A DNA stretch of 64,000 nucleotides from Octopus vulgaris (lineage: Eukaryota): the NCBI GenBank assembly GCA_951406725.2, contig OX597819.1:62620001-62684000 (forward strand), read 5' to 3'. Each line of letters opens with the position of its first letter. Within the stretch, counting starts at the first letter, position 1. Of this stretch, positions 43,962 to 57,245 are shown piece by piece. Made by a program: the position numbers and the translations under genes. The notes beneath the pieces were generated by a model that ran no database searches, was not told the origin of the DNA, and worked only from the letters and a program-made list of their open reading frames with translations.

Positions 43962-44172
43962 ACCGCCATGTTGATTCGTTAGCTCCTGCACGCATTTTTT
44001 TCTCTCATTGTTTCTCTCCGTGTTTCTTTTCTGTGTATCTTTCTGTTGAAGAGCGTAGGCTCGAAACGTAAAAGACTTGTTTTATTTCTATTCCTGAGCG
44101 CCATACTAATACAATTGTTTGTTTGTACTCCACCTGCCTTCGGCTTTTGTTTATTTTCGTAAAGATTCCTGT
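43962..44172 (+). mobile_element. (TA)n-embedded element with hammerhead-like motif (family 2)
   Basis: Homologous to 18229-18414 and 18708-18895; flanked by (TA)n. Confidence 0.75.
44038..44075 (+). ncRNA. Variant minimal hammerhead-like motif (A6U core)
   Basis: TCTTT-CTGTTGA-A-GAGC(GTAG)GCTC-GAAA-CG-TA-AAAGA. Confidence 0.6.
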
Positions 44173-44292
44173 TATATATATATATATATGCGTGTACATA
44201 TTTACTCATAAATATATCACATGTACTCAATATAAATGACTGTGTGTAAGAATATTCGTACATACAAAAATGAATAATTCCCTCCCTCCATT

Positions 44293-44326
<34 letters not shown>

Positions 44327-44349
44327 TCTGTCTGTCTCTCTGACTGTCT

Positions 44350-44387
<38 letters not shown>

Positions 44388-44463
44388 ACACACACATACA
44401 CACACACACATATATATATATATATATGTAAATGCATATGTATACGGTACATATATGTATATT

Positions 44464-44501
<38 letters not shown>

Positions 44502-44518
44502 AAGGTGGTGCTCAGTGG

Positions 44519-44579
<61 letters not shown>

Positions 44580-45153
44580 TATGCAAATTTATGCACATAT
44601 ATGCATAGCTACACCCAGCAATGTATAGTTTACGTATATGAGTATACAATTACACTCATTAACACAGACATATGTAAATATTTATGATTATTTGTGCATG
44701 ACTGTACATCTATGTAACTGCCGTGTCTGTGTATATATTTTGCAATGTATGTACGTATATGTTGGTTGTCTACTCCTAATGTCGAGTCTGACCACCCCTC
44801 GTACCTACAATTTAGATCCATCATGGCGCCTGATGTGGCTTTTTAAATCAGGCAATATATTGAAAAGACACTAACATACATTGCATATCCGATTTGGACC
44901 ATAAAGAACTGCAGTTAAGTTCTGATCTTTGTGGATCATAAAATGTCCTTTGAGGCCTATGTTAGATTTATAGACCTTATAGTATACCTGTCATTGAAAG
45001 GTATGCTCAGACATCGGCAGAATATTTTGTTGAGGTTCGTTTTTTATGGGCTTGCAAATGAGATTTGAGCCAAGCAAAAGAAAGATTTAGTCTGTCACAA
45101 ACTGTGCACGCAAAAGGTCATTGTGGTTCATCTTCTTGATTGTACCTACGTAC

Positions 45154-45252
<99 letters not shown>

Positions 45253-45436
45253 TAGATAGATATATACTTACCTTCTCGATAGTCTTCAAAAATTGTTCAG
45301 ATATTAAGATATTTTCCTTAACATAAAACCAATGTTAGACTTAATACATAGAGAAACGTTTTTGTTGAGCACTCCTTCTCGTTGTTTAACATTTACGTAT
45401 ATATATATATACCAGCATATGCATTTATTTGTCAAC

Positions 45437-45477
<41 letters not shown>

Positions 45478-45500
45478 TATATACATATATACATACATAA

Positions 45501-45545
<45 letters not shown>

Positions 45546-45706
45546 TGTACTACATGCGTGTATGTATATAACTATGTCTGCACGAAATATATGCCTCTAG
45601 GCAGTCGATAAATTGCTTTTCCTGCTGGATGTAATACCTTGATGACGCATATATAAATACATTACATACAGACATATATGTATCCACTTATAGAAAAGTG
45701 TGTCTG

Positions 45707-45741
<35 letters not shown>

Positions 45742-45841
45742 GTATAAATATATATGTATATATATTTAAATATATATATGCCCATTGGTATCTATGTATG
45801 CATATATGTATATGTATACACACTAAGACACAGACCTTTAT

Positions 45842-45876
<35 letters not shown>

Positions 45877-45942
45877 GATATGTATGGTGTTTGTGTATGT
45901 GTGTATATTTGTATGTGTGTATGTTTGTATGTATATACATTG

Positions 45943-45974
<32 letters not shown>

Positions 45975-46643
45975 CACGTGTGTAAATGCGTGAATTTTAT
46001 GTTAAAAATACTCTGCCGGTCATTTTGTGTCTCCTTTTTTCAGTCATGAATTAAAATGAAATATTCATATGTTCTGAATATACATACATACATACAATCA
46101 CAAATACCACAAATACACATAGATTCACACACACAAACACACACACACAAACACGCGCACACACACACCTAGAGACACATATACGTACGTACACACACAC
46201 AGATATATATATACATATGGATCCATATATATATAAAAACATGAACACACACACTCACACACACACATATAATATATATATATGATATATGCATATATGC
46301 ATACATACACGCACACGTACGTATATATGCATACATACACGCAAACATACGTACAAAAATTCAAACGTACATATATATATATATACATACATGCGCACAT
46401 ACATACGTACATACGTACACACATGCGTACCTACAGATATGTACTTTTATGCATACATTGTTGTTGGATTAACTAAACATCGCCAAGTCAAATAGACAAA
46501 TAGCAAACGTGAAATTGAATTATAGAAGAACATGTAAAATGTGAGGTTAATTTTGCTATGTTGAGACACTGGCTGGTGGAGGAGGTATATGAGAGAGGTA
46601 GTAGGAGAGAGTTTGAGAGATAGAGACAGAGAGAGCGCGAAAG

Positions 46644-46687
<44 letters not shown>

Positions 46688-47063
46688 AATATTGATTGGG
46701 TAGAGAAGAAAACTGAAGAATTTGAGAAAAACAAGTGTGTGTGTATGTGTGTGTGACAGAAAGAGAGTCAAAGAGAGAGAGAGGGGGGGAAGGAGCGAAA
46801 GGGGAAGGAACAAAAGGGGAGAGAGAGAGAGAGAGAGTATTGATTGCTCAGAAAAGAAAAGAAGTAGCTGAGGGAAACTGAGATAGAGTGAGATAATGTG
46901 TGAGAGAGAAAAAGAAAGAATGATGTGAGAGCGAGGTTGACAGAAAGAGAGAGAAACAGTGATAAAGAGATTTGGGAGATAGAGATATACATAGCTAGCT
47001 AGCTAGCTAGATAAATAGATAGACAGTCAGATAGGTAGAGAGATAGGGTGAGAGAGAAAGAGG

Positions 47064-47600
47064 GAGGTGCGCATTGCTGCAGGGTAATGCGCACTTTCTT
47101 CGTTGCGTCTTTTTTTCCGTGTACAAAACATTAAGTCCCTACTTTCTCTTAGCTTTCATCCATCTGTAGCTTTTCTCGTTTTCTCACATTCACCAGATCT
47201 CTCCATCTGGCTGACGCTCTGTGTTTCTGTCTCTTATCTTTCTCTCTCACCCTCTCTCTTTTTCACTCTCTCTTTTTTCACTCTCTCTTTTTTCACTCTC
47301 TCTCCCTCTCTCTTTTTTCTCTCTCTTTCTCTTCCTCTATCTCCGTCTTTCTGTCTCTTTGTGAAACATGCAACACTTCTTGTGAAGAAACAGAAAGCAA
47401 TAAGAAAACAAGAGCGCAAACCTCCACCAACGTCCTATCAACGATTAGCCAGAGATTTTTAAAATGAAAATGTCTGAAATAAACTCGACTGCTCTCACAA
47501 AGGAAAATACTAAAAACGAACCCAACCGCTCTCAAAAATTAAGTAAAAAACCGGAAAAATAATCCAGAATCCTTGTCCGGTACATGATCGATCCCAGTGT
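47064..47600. mobile_element. Possible Helentron/DINE-like non-autonomous element
   Basis: Terminal hairpin GTGCGCATTGC-TGCAGG-GTAATGCGCAC (~47067-47094), CT-rich body, and AATCCAGAATCC..GATCGATCCCA motif. Confidence 0.4.
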
Positions 47601-47978
47601 TAGTCATGGAATGTGAAGGTGGTTGAAGAAAACTTAGTAACGGTAATAAGTAGTTTCTCTTTATCTAATACAAGCCAAAGTTAACAAATTCACCATTCAA
47701 AATAGTTACAGCCCAAAGGGAGATAACTGAGGAAGACTTGAATGCTAACGTAAGATCGTAATCATGTAAAGTAAAGTAAATGTAACAGCGGGCGTGAGCT
47801 AGAACGTTAAGACTTCGTACGGAATTCAGGGTCAATCTATGTCAAGCAGCTTCACACTGCGTGCTATAGCTTCGTTACTATGGCAACAGTTCGGATACTT
47901 ATTGATCAGACCACGTACAAACAAACGTACACATTCATCTATCTGTCTGTTTGTCTCTCTTCTTCCTATCTCATTATC

Positions 47979-48056
<78 letters not shown>

Positions 48057-48337
48057 GCAGAGTATATATATATAAAACAGGGAACAGCTGATGAAGGGAA
48101 TGATCTTCATGTTGCATGTTTCGTTTCTCTGTTTCTTTCGCTGTCGAAAAAAGTTCGTTTTCTATGTTTTTGTTTTTTATGTTCTCGTTTCTCATTCTGT
48201 CTCGTTTTTTTTTTATGTCCTGTGCCCAAATATACATGTATATATACATATATATGTAGGTATGTACATATATGTATGTATATATGCATATATTTATATA
48301 TTATTTATATATATATATGTATGTATGTATGTATATG

Positions 48338-48373
<36 letters not shown>

Positions 48374-48383
48374 TGTATGTATG

Positions 48384-48433
<50 letters not shown>

Positions 48434-48436
<3 letters not shown>

Positions 48437-48520
48437 ACAGGAGTGGTTGTGTGGATATGAAGCTTGCTTCCCAACCACATGGTTCCGGGTTCAGTCCCAC
48501 AGTGTGGCACCTTGGGCAAG
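48434..48520 (+). mobile_element. SINE family A head
   Basis: GGAGTGGTTGTGTGG..CCTTGGGCAAGT. Confidence 0.75.
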
Positions 48521-48571
48521 TTGGTATTTTTGTAATCCTACGTTGGTTATATTGTAATAGTTTTCTGACTT

Positions 48572-49240
48572 TATAAGGCTTCTACCACCTTGTATACGTT
48601 GTATCTATATAGCCTTTCTATGTCAGATTTTTGTTGGTGCATCTTAAATCCTATCATTATTTTTCTTGTTTTCCTGACTATTTTGTTTACTTCATTTAGT
48701 GTCCTATTAAGGGCATTGTAGCTGTAACTTATAATTGAGACGGCTAAAGTGTTGATACCTATTATCTTGTTTTTCGCATTGAGTTCTGTTTTCAGTATTC
48801 TTTTTTTTACTTTCATTTGTATGTTGTATCGTATCTAGTTCGTTGATTCCTAAATATTTGTATGTCTGTTTATTTGTCTAATTCTCTTATTTCATTTGCT
48901 TTATCTAGTGTGATGTTACTACTCGTAGCTAGTTTTCCTCTTTTCAAGGTTCCTTTGGCACATTTTTCTAAGCCAAATTTCATATTTATTTCCTTGGTAA
49001 ATCTATGTCCTGTTTCTAGTAATATTTCCAACTGTTTATCATTTGTAGCACACAATTTTAGATCGTCCATATATAAGAGGTGGCTGATTATTTTGCCGTA
49101 ACAATTGTATCCGCATCCAGTTCCGTTTACCATGTCAGATAAAGGTGTCAGTGCCAAGTAGAAAATGGGATGGCTTTGGTTTTTATGAGTTCTTCTTTTA
49201 CTTGGAGCTGTAGCACTGTCTACTATTTATTCATGGAATG
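48572..49240 (-). mobile_element. R4/Dong-type non-LTR RT fragment
   Basis: ISHLLYMDDLKLCA..MKFGLEKCAK, then TYKYLGI and LNAKNKIIGINTLAVSIISYSY..DIERLY; adjoins an (AAT)n tract. Confidence 0.9.
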
Positions 49241-49318
49241 TGTTATATATTGTATGATTATTGGTGCTACCTTGTTCACGGATCCATGATAATAATAATA
49301 ATAGTAACAATAATAACG

Positions 49319-49382
<64 letters not shown>

Positions 49383-49629
49383 TAATAATAATGATAATAA
49401 TAATGATAATAATAATAATAATTATTATTATTATTATTATTATTATCATTACTGTGTTTGTGGGAAGTTTCTAGAGACCCATGAAGGTGTAGGCTTTTTC
49501 TTAAGTGTTTGATTCGTGAGAGGCTGTCAAGTGCACGTAAATACTATATAAAACACAGCTTCAGAAGAGAACATTAATCACTTTTTCTACGATTGAAGTT
49601 CTTATCTATTCTTCTTTTCTCATGTAAAC

Positions 49630-50135
49630 CCGAGCTGGCAAGCTGGTGGAATCATTCAAGCACCAAATAAATTGCATAGCGCGATTGGTTCCTATACTTT
49701 ACATTCTGGGTTGAAATCTCGCTGAAGTCAGCTTTGCTTACAATTATCATAAACAAAAGTACCACTCAAGAACTTGAGTTGATGGTATCAACTAAGCTCA
49801 TTCCCTCAAAATTATTGGCCTTATGCTTCAACGAGAAACAATTTTATATACACCAGGAAGTCAGAAATTTAAGGAACACAATCAAAGACATAATCTGTAA
49901 TAATATTCTGCTATAAGGGCGGCGAGTTGGCTGAATCGTCAGCACGCCGGACGAAATGATTTGCAGCGTCTTGTCCGTCTTTACGTTCTCAGTTCAAATT
50001 CTACCTAGGACGACTTTAGCATTCATCCTTTCGGGAGTTGAGAAATTAAGTACTAGTTGAGCACTGGGAGTGGATGTAATCGACTTAGACCCTCTCTCAA
50101 AATTACTGGCGTTGTGCTAAAATTTGAAATCAATA
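49630..50135 (+). mobile_element. Two old family B SINE copies (~49630-49830 and ~49915-50135)
   Basis: GGCAAGCTGGTGGAATC and GGCGGCGAGTTGGCTGAATCG heads; core in the second copy. Confidence 0.7.
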
Positions 50136-50744
50136 TTATTCTGTTACGGCACGACTACGTTTTTAAATGAAGTGTTCGGGTGTAAGGTTTGAGCTCACTA
50201 ATCCAGTGAACGAAGTACAGTATTTGTCCCACTGAGATGTAGAATCTTTGAAAAATATACCAGTAATATAAGTCAAAGTTTATTAGCAATATTCATTTAT
50301 CAATCAGTTGTCCTACGAGTAATATAAACATTATCTTTCTAACATATTATGTCTATGATTTCGTTCCATAGCTAAGGTGCTACAAACATAGAATGTAACA
50401 AATTATGTCTTCGATGTCGGCCCATAATTAATTAGTCAATGTATGTCTTATGAATAATATAAAAGTCGCATGTATTGTAGATCAAGTCTTCGATTGCGTC
50501 CTATAGTTACACAGTTATACAGGAAATACAGTAGAATAATAATTCTAGGGACAACATTTCAACTTGCGTCACGCCAAAGCCCAATCAGGAATGGGTACCG
50601 TATCCTTTGGGGCTTCTCACCTTTAATCCACAGACATAATACCTAAGTGAGTGTTAATTTCAATATTCTGTTACGGTACGACTCCGTTTTTAAATGAAGT
50701 GTTCGGGGATTAAATCAAGCATTAAATTCAAATTTATGTTGCAT

Positions 50745-51192
50745 TGTCTTTCACTTGTTTTAGACATTAGACTGCAGCCATGCTGGAGCACTGCCTTGAA
50801 GGTCGAAACAATTGTCTCAAATGCTTATTCTTTTTGTAAAGCCTGGTACTTATTCTATTGTTGTCTTTTGCCGAAATGCTAGGTTACGGGAACGTAAAAA
50901 GAAAAAAAACAACGATTATAAAGCGGTGGTGGGTGATAAGCAAACACACACACACATACACACACAAACACACACACCGACAAATACACACACACACATA
51001 CAGACACACATATACACGCATATATACATATCAATATATACGTACATACATACAGATATATATATTTATATACATACATTTATAGATTTATATACATACA
51101 TACATGCACACACACACACGCACACACATACAGACACACACACATACACCCACACATATATACATAAAAATATACATATACATTCAGGCATG

Positions 51193-51284
<92 letters not shown>

Positions 51285-51535
51285 GATACATACATAGCGA
51301 TATATATCTATATACATACTTGCATACATGCACACACACACAAGAATACACACAAGAATACACACATATATACATACATATACATGAGGGGCTTCTTTCA
51401 AAATCCGTCTACCAAATCCTCTCACAAGTCAGCCTAGGGCTACAGTAAAATACACTTGCCTAAAGTGCCAAGCAGTGGGACTGAACCTGGAACCATGTTG
51501 TTGGAAAGTAAACTTTTTTACCTGACAACCACACT
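50745..51535 (-). mobile_element. SINE family A with expanded internal microsatellite
   Basis: Tail at 50745-50945 and head at 51385-51535, separated by (CA)/(TA)/(GA)n. Confidence 0.75.
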
Positions 51536-51635
51536 GCATTATCTAAAATGGTCAAATATTTTGAACTAGAGTTATATCCCTTGTCTGTTGCTCTTAGATT
51601 CGATATATTCTCTATATTCACTGTACTCACTATAT

Positions 51636-51954
51636 ATAGTGCGCAACCCGTATAAGAACGGTTTTCTAAACCAGCAAATTTAATAACGAATGGGTTTTCT
51701 GAACGGAATTAAGCTCGCATAACGTACTGAAAATTGATCAACGAACGACGAGTAGATTTTCGCACGAATATAATTGGCTGGGAGGGCGTACAGAAATAGT
51801 TCGTTAACGTCCATGGACAGGAAGCTAGCAAGACGTCGAAAAACGCCATATTCCATTGTCTAAGAAAGAATATTCCATCATGATAATTTTGTAAAACTGT
51901 GTCTCCTCCATCTAAAAGCATAACAATGAATCAACAGAAGTAACACCGAGGGAA

Positions 51955-52021
<67 letters not shown>

Positions 52022-52223
52022 TACATACACACACACTCATGTATGCATTCATGAATATGCCATTGATGGATGGACAATTAAAACATCATTTCATGCCTTT
52101 TTGCGGAGTCTAAGTGTGGCTTCGAACGGATTACACCTATTTATATGAATTCGAATTGTGTTACGAACAATTTGATTAACGAACTAAGTTCCGTATTATA
52201 TTCGTATATAGTGACGCCACTAT
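51636..52223. mobile_element. Degenerate Tigger-type MITE
   Basis: TATAGTG..TATAAGAA versus TTCGTATA..CACTATA ends; repeated TAACGAA and GAACGGA motifs. Confidence 0.45.
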
Positions 52224-52883
52224 ATTCACTACATTCTCTGTATTCTGTATATTCTATTTTCTATATTTTCTATTTATTCTCCACATTCTCTATACGTAAC
52301 TCGTCATGCTACATATCTGAGACCCTACCGTATTTATACTTAATATGCAGAACGTTCAACATTTACCTAAGGTGTTTTATCTTCAACCACATTGCATTTA
52401 TTATTTTTCTCTCTATCTGATTAACACCCACGAAACTGGCGCCACCATCATGCCGGTACTTAAAACATTCTTTGAGAATCAGAATGATTTTACACTGCAT
52501 GTTAGCTTCGGGTAATATGATGGATCTTTTGTGTAGTTTCAGTATTATATTTTCTCGCTCCATATTGGTCGGTTTACAATGGTATGTCAACAATATGGCT
52601 AGGAAAAATATTTCGTTTTTAATGGTAGTTTTTCATGCTAAATACATGTACAAGAAGTAGAGCTTCATATCTGCAATATAATGAGCTAAAAAAAATTAGT
52701 ACAGCTTCGATAAACTGTGATTATCCTTGCTATCAAAATATACAATCTCTCTCTGTAGAAGATTAAAGTTTTAAAACGACAAAGTAGACAACACTTTTAA
52801 TGCTTCCTAAGCCACTATTTCAACGGTACATATATATATACACATATATATATATGTATACACACACACACACACACACACAC

Positions 52884-52924
<41 letters not shown>

Positions 52925-53058
52925 AGGTATCGGTATCTAGAATACCCAAAGAGTGACAGGTAATGCGAAGTAAGTACTAAGGACAGACCATAGTTAAATT
53001 CTTGTTTCGATCGTGATACGAATGAGGCGTTTAATGTGAGTCTTGCATTAGCCTGCAA

Positions 53059-54340
53059 TCTCTATTTATAAAACTGAAATGCGAAAATTTTGTTTGTTTG
53101 TCTGGTTTTTGGCATTAGAACGGGTTAAAGGCCACTAGATCCCGTCGGATTGACTCCAAAATTTACAGGGACATGTAAAATGAGGTAAGGATGAGGGTGG
53201 GCTAGGTTAGAAATTCCCATCTTAAAAGGTGTCGTTGCTAGGGCCAAAAACTCACTTTGACAAGTCTACTCTCATTCTTTTATGTATCTGTCTTTCTCCG
53301 TCACTCATTCTCTTTCTTCCCTTCCCATCACTTTCTATATATAACATTGTTTAACAGCGTCTAACTCCTCTTCACTTTCTCTTTATAACGTCGTGAAAGA
53401 GCGTTCTGTATCTCCCCCTCCTCCCCACCTTCGACAGCGCTTTCATACTCTCTCTCTCTCTACGTCTGTCTGCATTCATAAACAGAATTATCATCGCCAC
53501 CACCACCACACAATCATGAGAACAAATATTATGAATCAGATATTTATTGGGTTAATTTATATATATATATATGTGTGTGTGTGTGTTCTATATATAAATA
53601 TGTATGTTAAACTTTTTAATACTTTTTGATAGTTATATATATTTAAAAAAAATTATAAATATAAATTAATAATTTTCATTTTAAATTTAAATAATTAAAA
53701 TTTTTAAATTTTATATTTTATATATTTTGTATATTATATTTTTATTTTTATGTTTCGTTTATGTTTTTCACTGTTTGATTTGCCTAATAGTGGTTTTATC
53801 TCTAATTTAATTTATTTGTATACATGTGTATATATAATGCGTACACACACACATAATGCTTGCCATGGTGAGTCTACGGTCGTGGGAAAGAATCACTTCA
53901 AAGCTTGGTGTTTACGAATTTTCTTTCTCATCAAGTTCAAATTTTTACGCCAGCCGTTAAACGGCAACTATGTTACTGTTCGTCGTTAAGAAATGCCAGC
54001 CATGGTGACTCTACTATCCTCAGATTCTATCCTTTCAAACTTTGGTTTCCAATATTTTTTTATTTTTATTCAGCTCGCAAGTTCGTCTGTCCCTTTTAAA
54101 TGTTAGTGTTTTGCTTTCTGCCTTGAAGCAGACCTTTCCGTTGTCACTGCCTGATATTTATGATTGATCTTTCAAACTACTTTCTTTCTCAACTTACTCA
54201 AGATCTTTTGTTGTTTATAAATGGAAGAGAGATAGAAAGAGAAAGATAGAGAGTAAGAGAAAGCGAGGGGGAGTCCGAGAGAAAGGAAGAGTAAGAGAGT
54301 GGGAAAGGGAGAGAGGAAGGAGAGAGAAACAAACAGGGAG

Positions 54341-54392
<52 letters not shown>

Positions 54393-54693
54393 GTTTAACG
54401 TCCGTTTTCCGTGCTAGCACGGGTTGGACGGTTTGACCGGAATCTGGGAAGCCAGGAGGCTGCACCAGGCTGCAGTCTGATCTGGCAGTGTTTCTACAGC
54501 TGGATGCCCTTCCAAACGCCAACTACTCCGTGAGTGTAGTGGGTGCTTTTTTCGTGCCACCGGCATAGGTGCCACGGGAGGAGGGGCACTGGCAGCGGCC
54601 ACGTTCGGATGGTGCTTTTTACGTGCCGAAAGGATGCAACAGAAAATAACAACCACACTCTTACCCGCGCGTAGAGCGGGTCACCTTAAGCTA

Positions 54694-54694
<1 letters not shown>
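53059..54694 (+). mobile_element. Non-autonomous Helitron 1
   Basis: A|TC start (TCTCTATTTATAAAACTG..GTTTGTTTGTCTG); 3' hairpin ACCCGC..GCGGGT (54663-54681) followed by CTAG|T; no TSD. Confidence 0.8.
54343..54627 (-). mobile_element. Retroposon (SINE or RTE-type 3' tail) ending in (GAT)n, nested in Helitron 1
   Basis: Minus-strand ..AAGGGCATCCAGCTGTAGAAA..CCGTGCTAGCACGGAAAACGGACGTTAAACG(ATG)n. Confidence 0.7.
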
Positions 54695-54734
<40 letters not shown>

Positions 54735-55108
54735 TGAGAATGTGTGTCTGTCTGTCTGTCTGTCTGTCTCTGTGAAGCCCTAAAACCAATTCCATTCAAA
54801 TTTTACACATGCTTTACTTAGGGTTCAAGGAGTGTCATGGGTAAAAAAATATTTTAACTTCTTGCCTTGGGCGAGCCCATAGCAATATCATATCTTCTCC
54901 AATATGAATCCCTAAAACTTGAGAACTACACAACCACCTTCATTCAAATTTTACACATGTCTTACTTAGGGTCCATGTAGTGTCGTGGGCAAAAACAATG
55001 TTTAACTTCTTGCCTAGGGCGAGTCCACAGCAATATCACATCTTCTCCACTATTTCAGTATTACGTGTTAAAAGTGAAACATAAGCATCTCTCTATTGTA
55101 TGTATATG

Positions 55109-55175
<67 letters not shown>

Positions 55176-55843
55176 ACATATATATATATATACATATATA
55201 TATACGTGTATATACATAGATGTATATGTATACATGTATATATATAGCTGTATATGTATACATGTATATGTATAGATGTATTTCTATAGATATTCATGTA
55301 TATGTAAACATGTATGTCTAGATGTATATATAGATGTACATGTAATATGTACACATATATATACATATATATACATGCATACATATATACACCCATACAC
55401 ACACAGATCCACCTACCCACCCACCCACACACACACACAGACAAACACACACACACACACACGCACACACACACACACACATACATACGTGCAGGTGTGG
55501 CTGTGTGGCAACAAACTTGGTTCCAAATCACATGGTTCTCAGTTCAGTCCCACTGTGTGGTAACTTGGCATGTGTCTTCTGCTATAGCCTGAGACCAACC
55601 AAAGCCTTGTCAGTGGATTTTGTAGACAGAAACTGAAAAAAATCAATTGTATGTATATGTATGAATTTATGTAAGTAGGAGTGGCTGTAGGCGTAGCTGT
55701 GTGGTAACTAGCTTGCTTACTAACCACATGGTTCCGGTTTCAGTCCCACTGCGTGGCACCGTGGTCAAGTGTCTTCCACTATAGCCTCGGGCCGACCAAT
55801 GCCGTGTGAGTGGATTTGGTAGACGGAAACTAAAAGAATCCCG

Positions 55844-55917
<74 letters not shown>

Positions 55918-56076
55918 GTAGGTATGTATGTATGTATGTATGTAAGTGTGTTTATATGTTTGTGTGTCTGTGTTTGTCCTCCCAGCATCGCTTGACAACC
56001 GATGCTGGTGTGTTACGTCCCCGTAAATTAGCGGTTCGGCCAAAGAGACCGATAGAATAAGTACTAGGCTTATAAA

Positions 56077-56111
<35 letters not shown>

Positions 56112-56630
56112 ACATAGTTCTTGAACCGGTACTTCAAGTAACGACTGGGGTAGGGTAACTGACTGTTTATTGTGATCATTCGTCTTTTGGTTTCCTGTAA
56201 CTTTGCTCTCTTTTACAAACCCAGTGAACATATATTTCCTATTTCAAAGAAATTCAAACAATAGATATAAGACCCAAGTTAAAAAGATTTTCAACAATTC
56301 AACATCTCTGGTTGACATTAAGATCCCCACCCCCAACAGGGGCCTTAACTCTCAAATTTTAGAGCTCCATGACCTTCAATTTGTAGGAGCAAAATCTTTT
56401 TAACAGGTTTAATAACACTGTAATTTTGGAATATGCGCATAAAAATCAGTAGTATGGGATACATGTGGCACGATTACATATTTTTTAGGGTGTGTAAAGA
56501 GGGAAATAACCCTCATCTGCAATTTTGATGAAATTCGAAACATAGATATTCCAGTTCATTACAGAAATTATAACAGAAAAGTCTAATTCTTCAATTGAAT
56601 GTAACCGGGCAACGCCGGGTATCTCTGCTA

Positions 56631-56631
<1 letters not shown>
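54695..56631 (+). mobile_element. Non-autonomous Helitron 2 (different family), directly after Helitron 1
   Basis: (TA)n-AAAACTGAGAATGTGTG(TCTG)n head; internal duplication (~54777-54900 versus ~54909-55048); 3' hairpin ACCGGGC-AAC-GCCGGGT followed by CTAG|T at 56628-56632. Confidence 0.75.
55490..56080 (+). mobile_element. Two family A SINE copies (55490-55645 and 55675-56080) nested in Helitron 2
   Basis: Match to the family A sequence. Confidence 0.85.
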
Positions 56632-56693
<62 letters not shown>

Positions 56694-56897
56694 AAGAAGT
56701 AAATATATGGCACAACGAAGTACCGATATTTACTGGAAATAGCGAACGTAATAATACGACGCTAATGTATAGCTTCACCGCGTATGTACTAGCAAAAATG
56801 CGTGAGTGCAACAAACTTGAAAAAAATTGTCTTACCTCCAGGGAGAACATCTGAAAGATGAAATACCTAGAAAAGGATAATGTGTGACCGGAGCCGG

Positions 56898-57242
56898 TTT
56901 CAGATTTTTCAAGATATGCCTGCACCCATAAACTTGATCTATCTTCATCAGCCAAACATATACCACGACAACATTTCAGATGTTACCACATTAATGCCAA
57001 TACACTCGACTGAAACGCCGAAACGCTAACAGAACTATTCTTTACTGGAAAGCAATACTCTCGTATTGCATTACTAATTTTATTGAAACTTCTTCACCGT
57101 TCTCGTTCTGTTAGCGTTTCGGCGTTTCAGTCGAGTGTATTGGCATTAATGTGGTAACATCTGAAATGTTGTCGTGGTATATGTTTGGCTGATGAAGATA
57201 GATCAAGTATATGTGTGCAGGCATATCTTGAAAAATCTGAAA
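56898..57242. repeat. Near-perfect 138-bp inverted repeat with 69-bp spacer
   Basis: Arms 56898-57035 and 57105-57242; 2 mismatches seen. Confidence 0.95.
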
Positions 57243-57245
57243 TAT

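Noticed and set aside
44801-45149. hAT-type MITE (GTACCTAC direct repeat, internal hairpins)
   Set aside because: No convincing terminal inverted repeats.
57188-57205. CTGATGAAG in the inverted-repeat arm as a hammerhead
   Set aside because: No stem II followed by GAAA at a suitable position.
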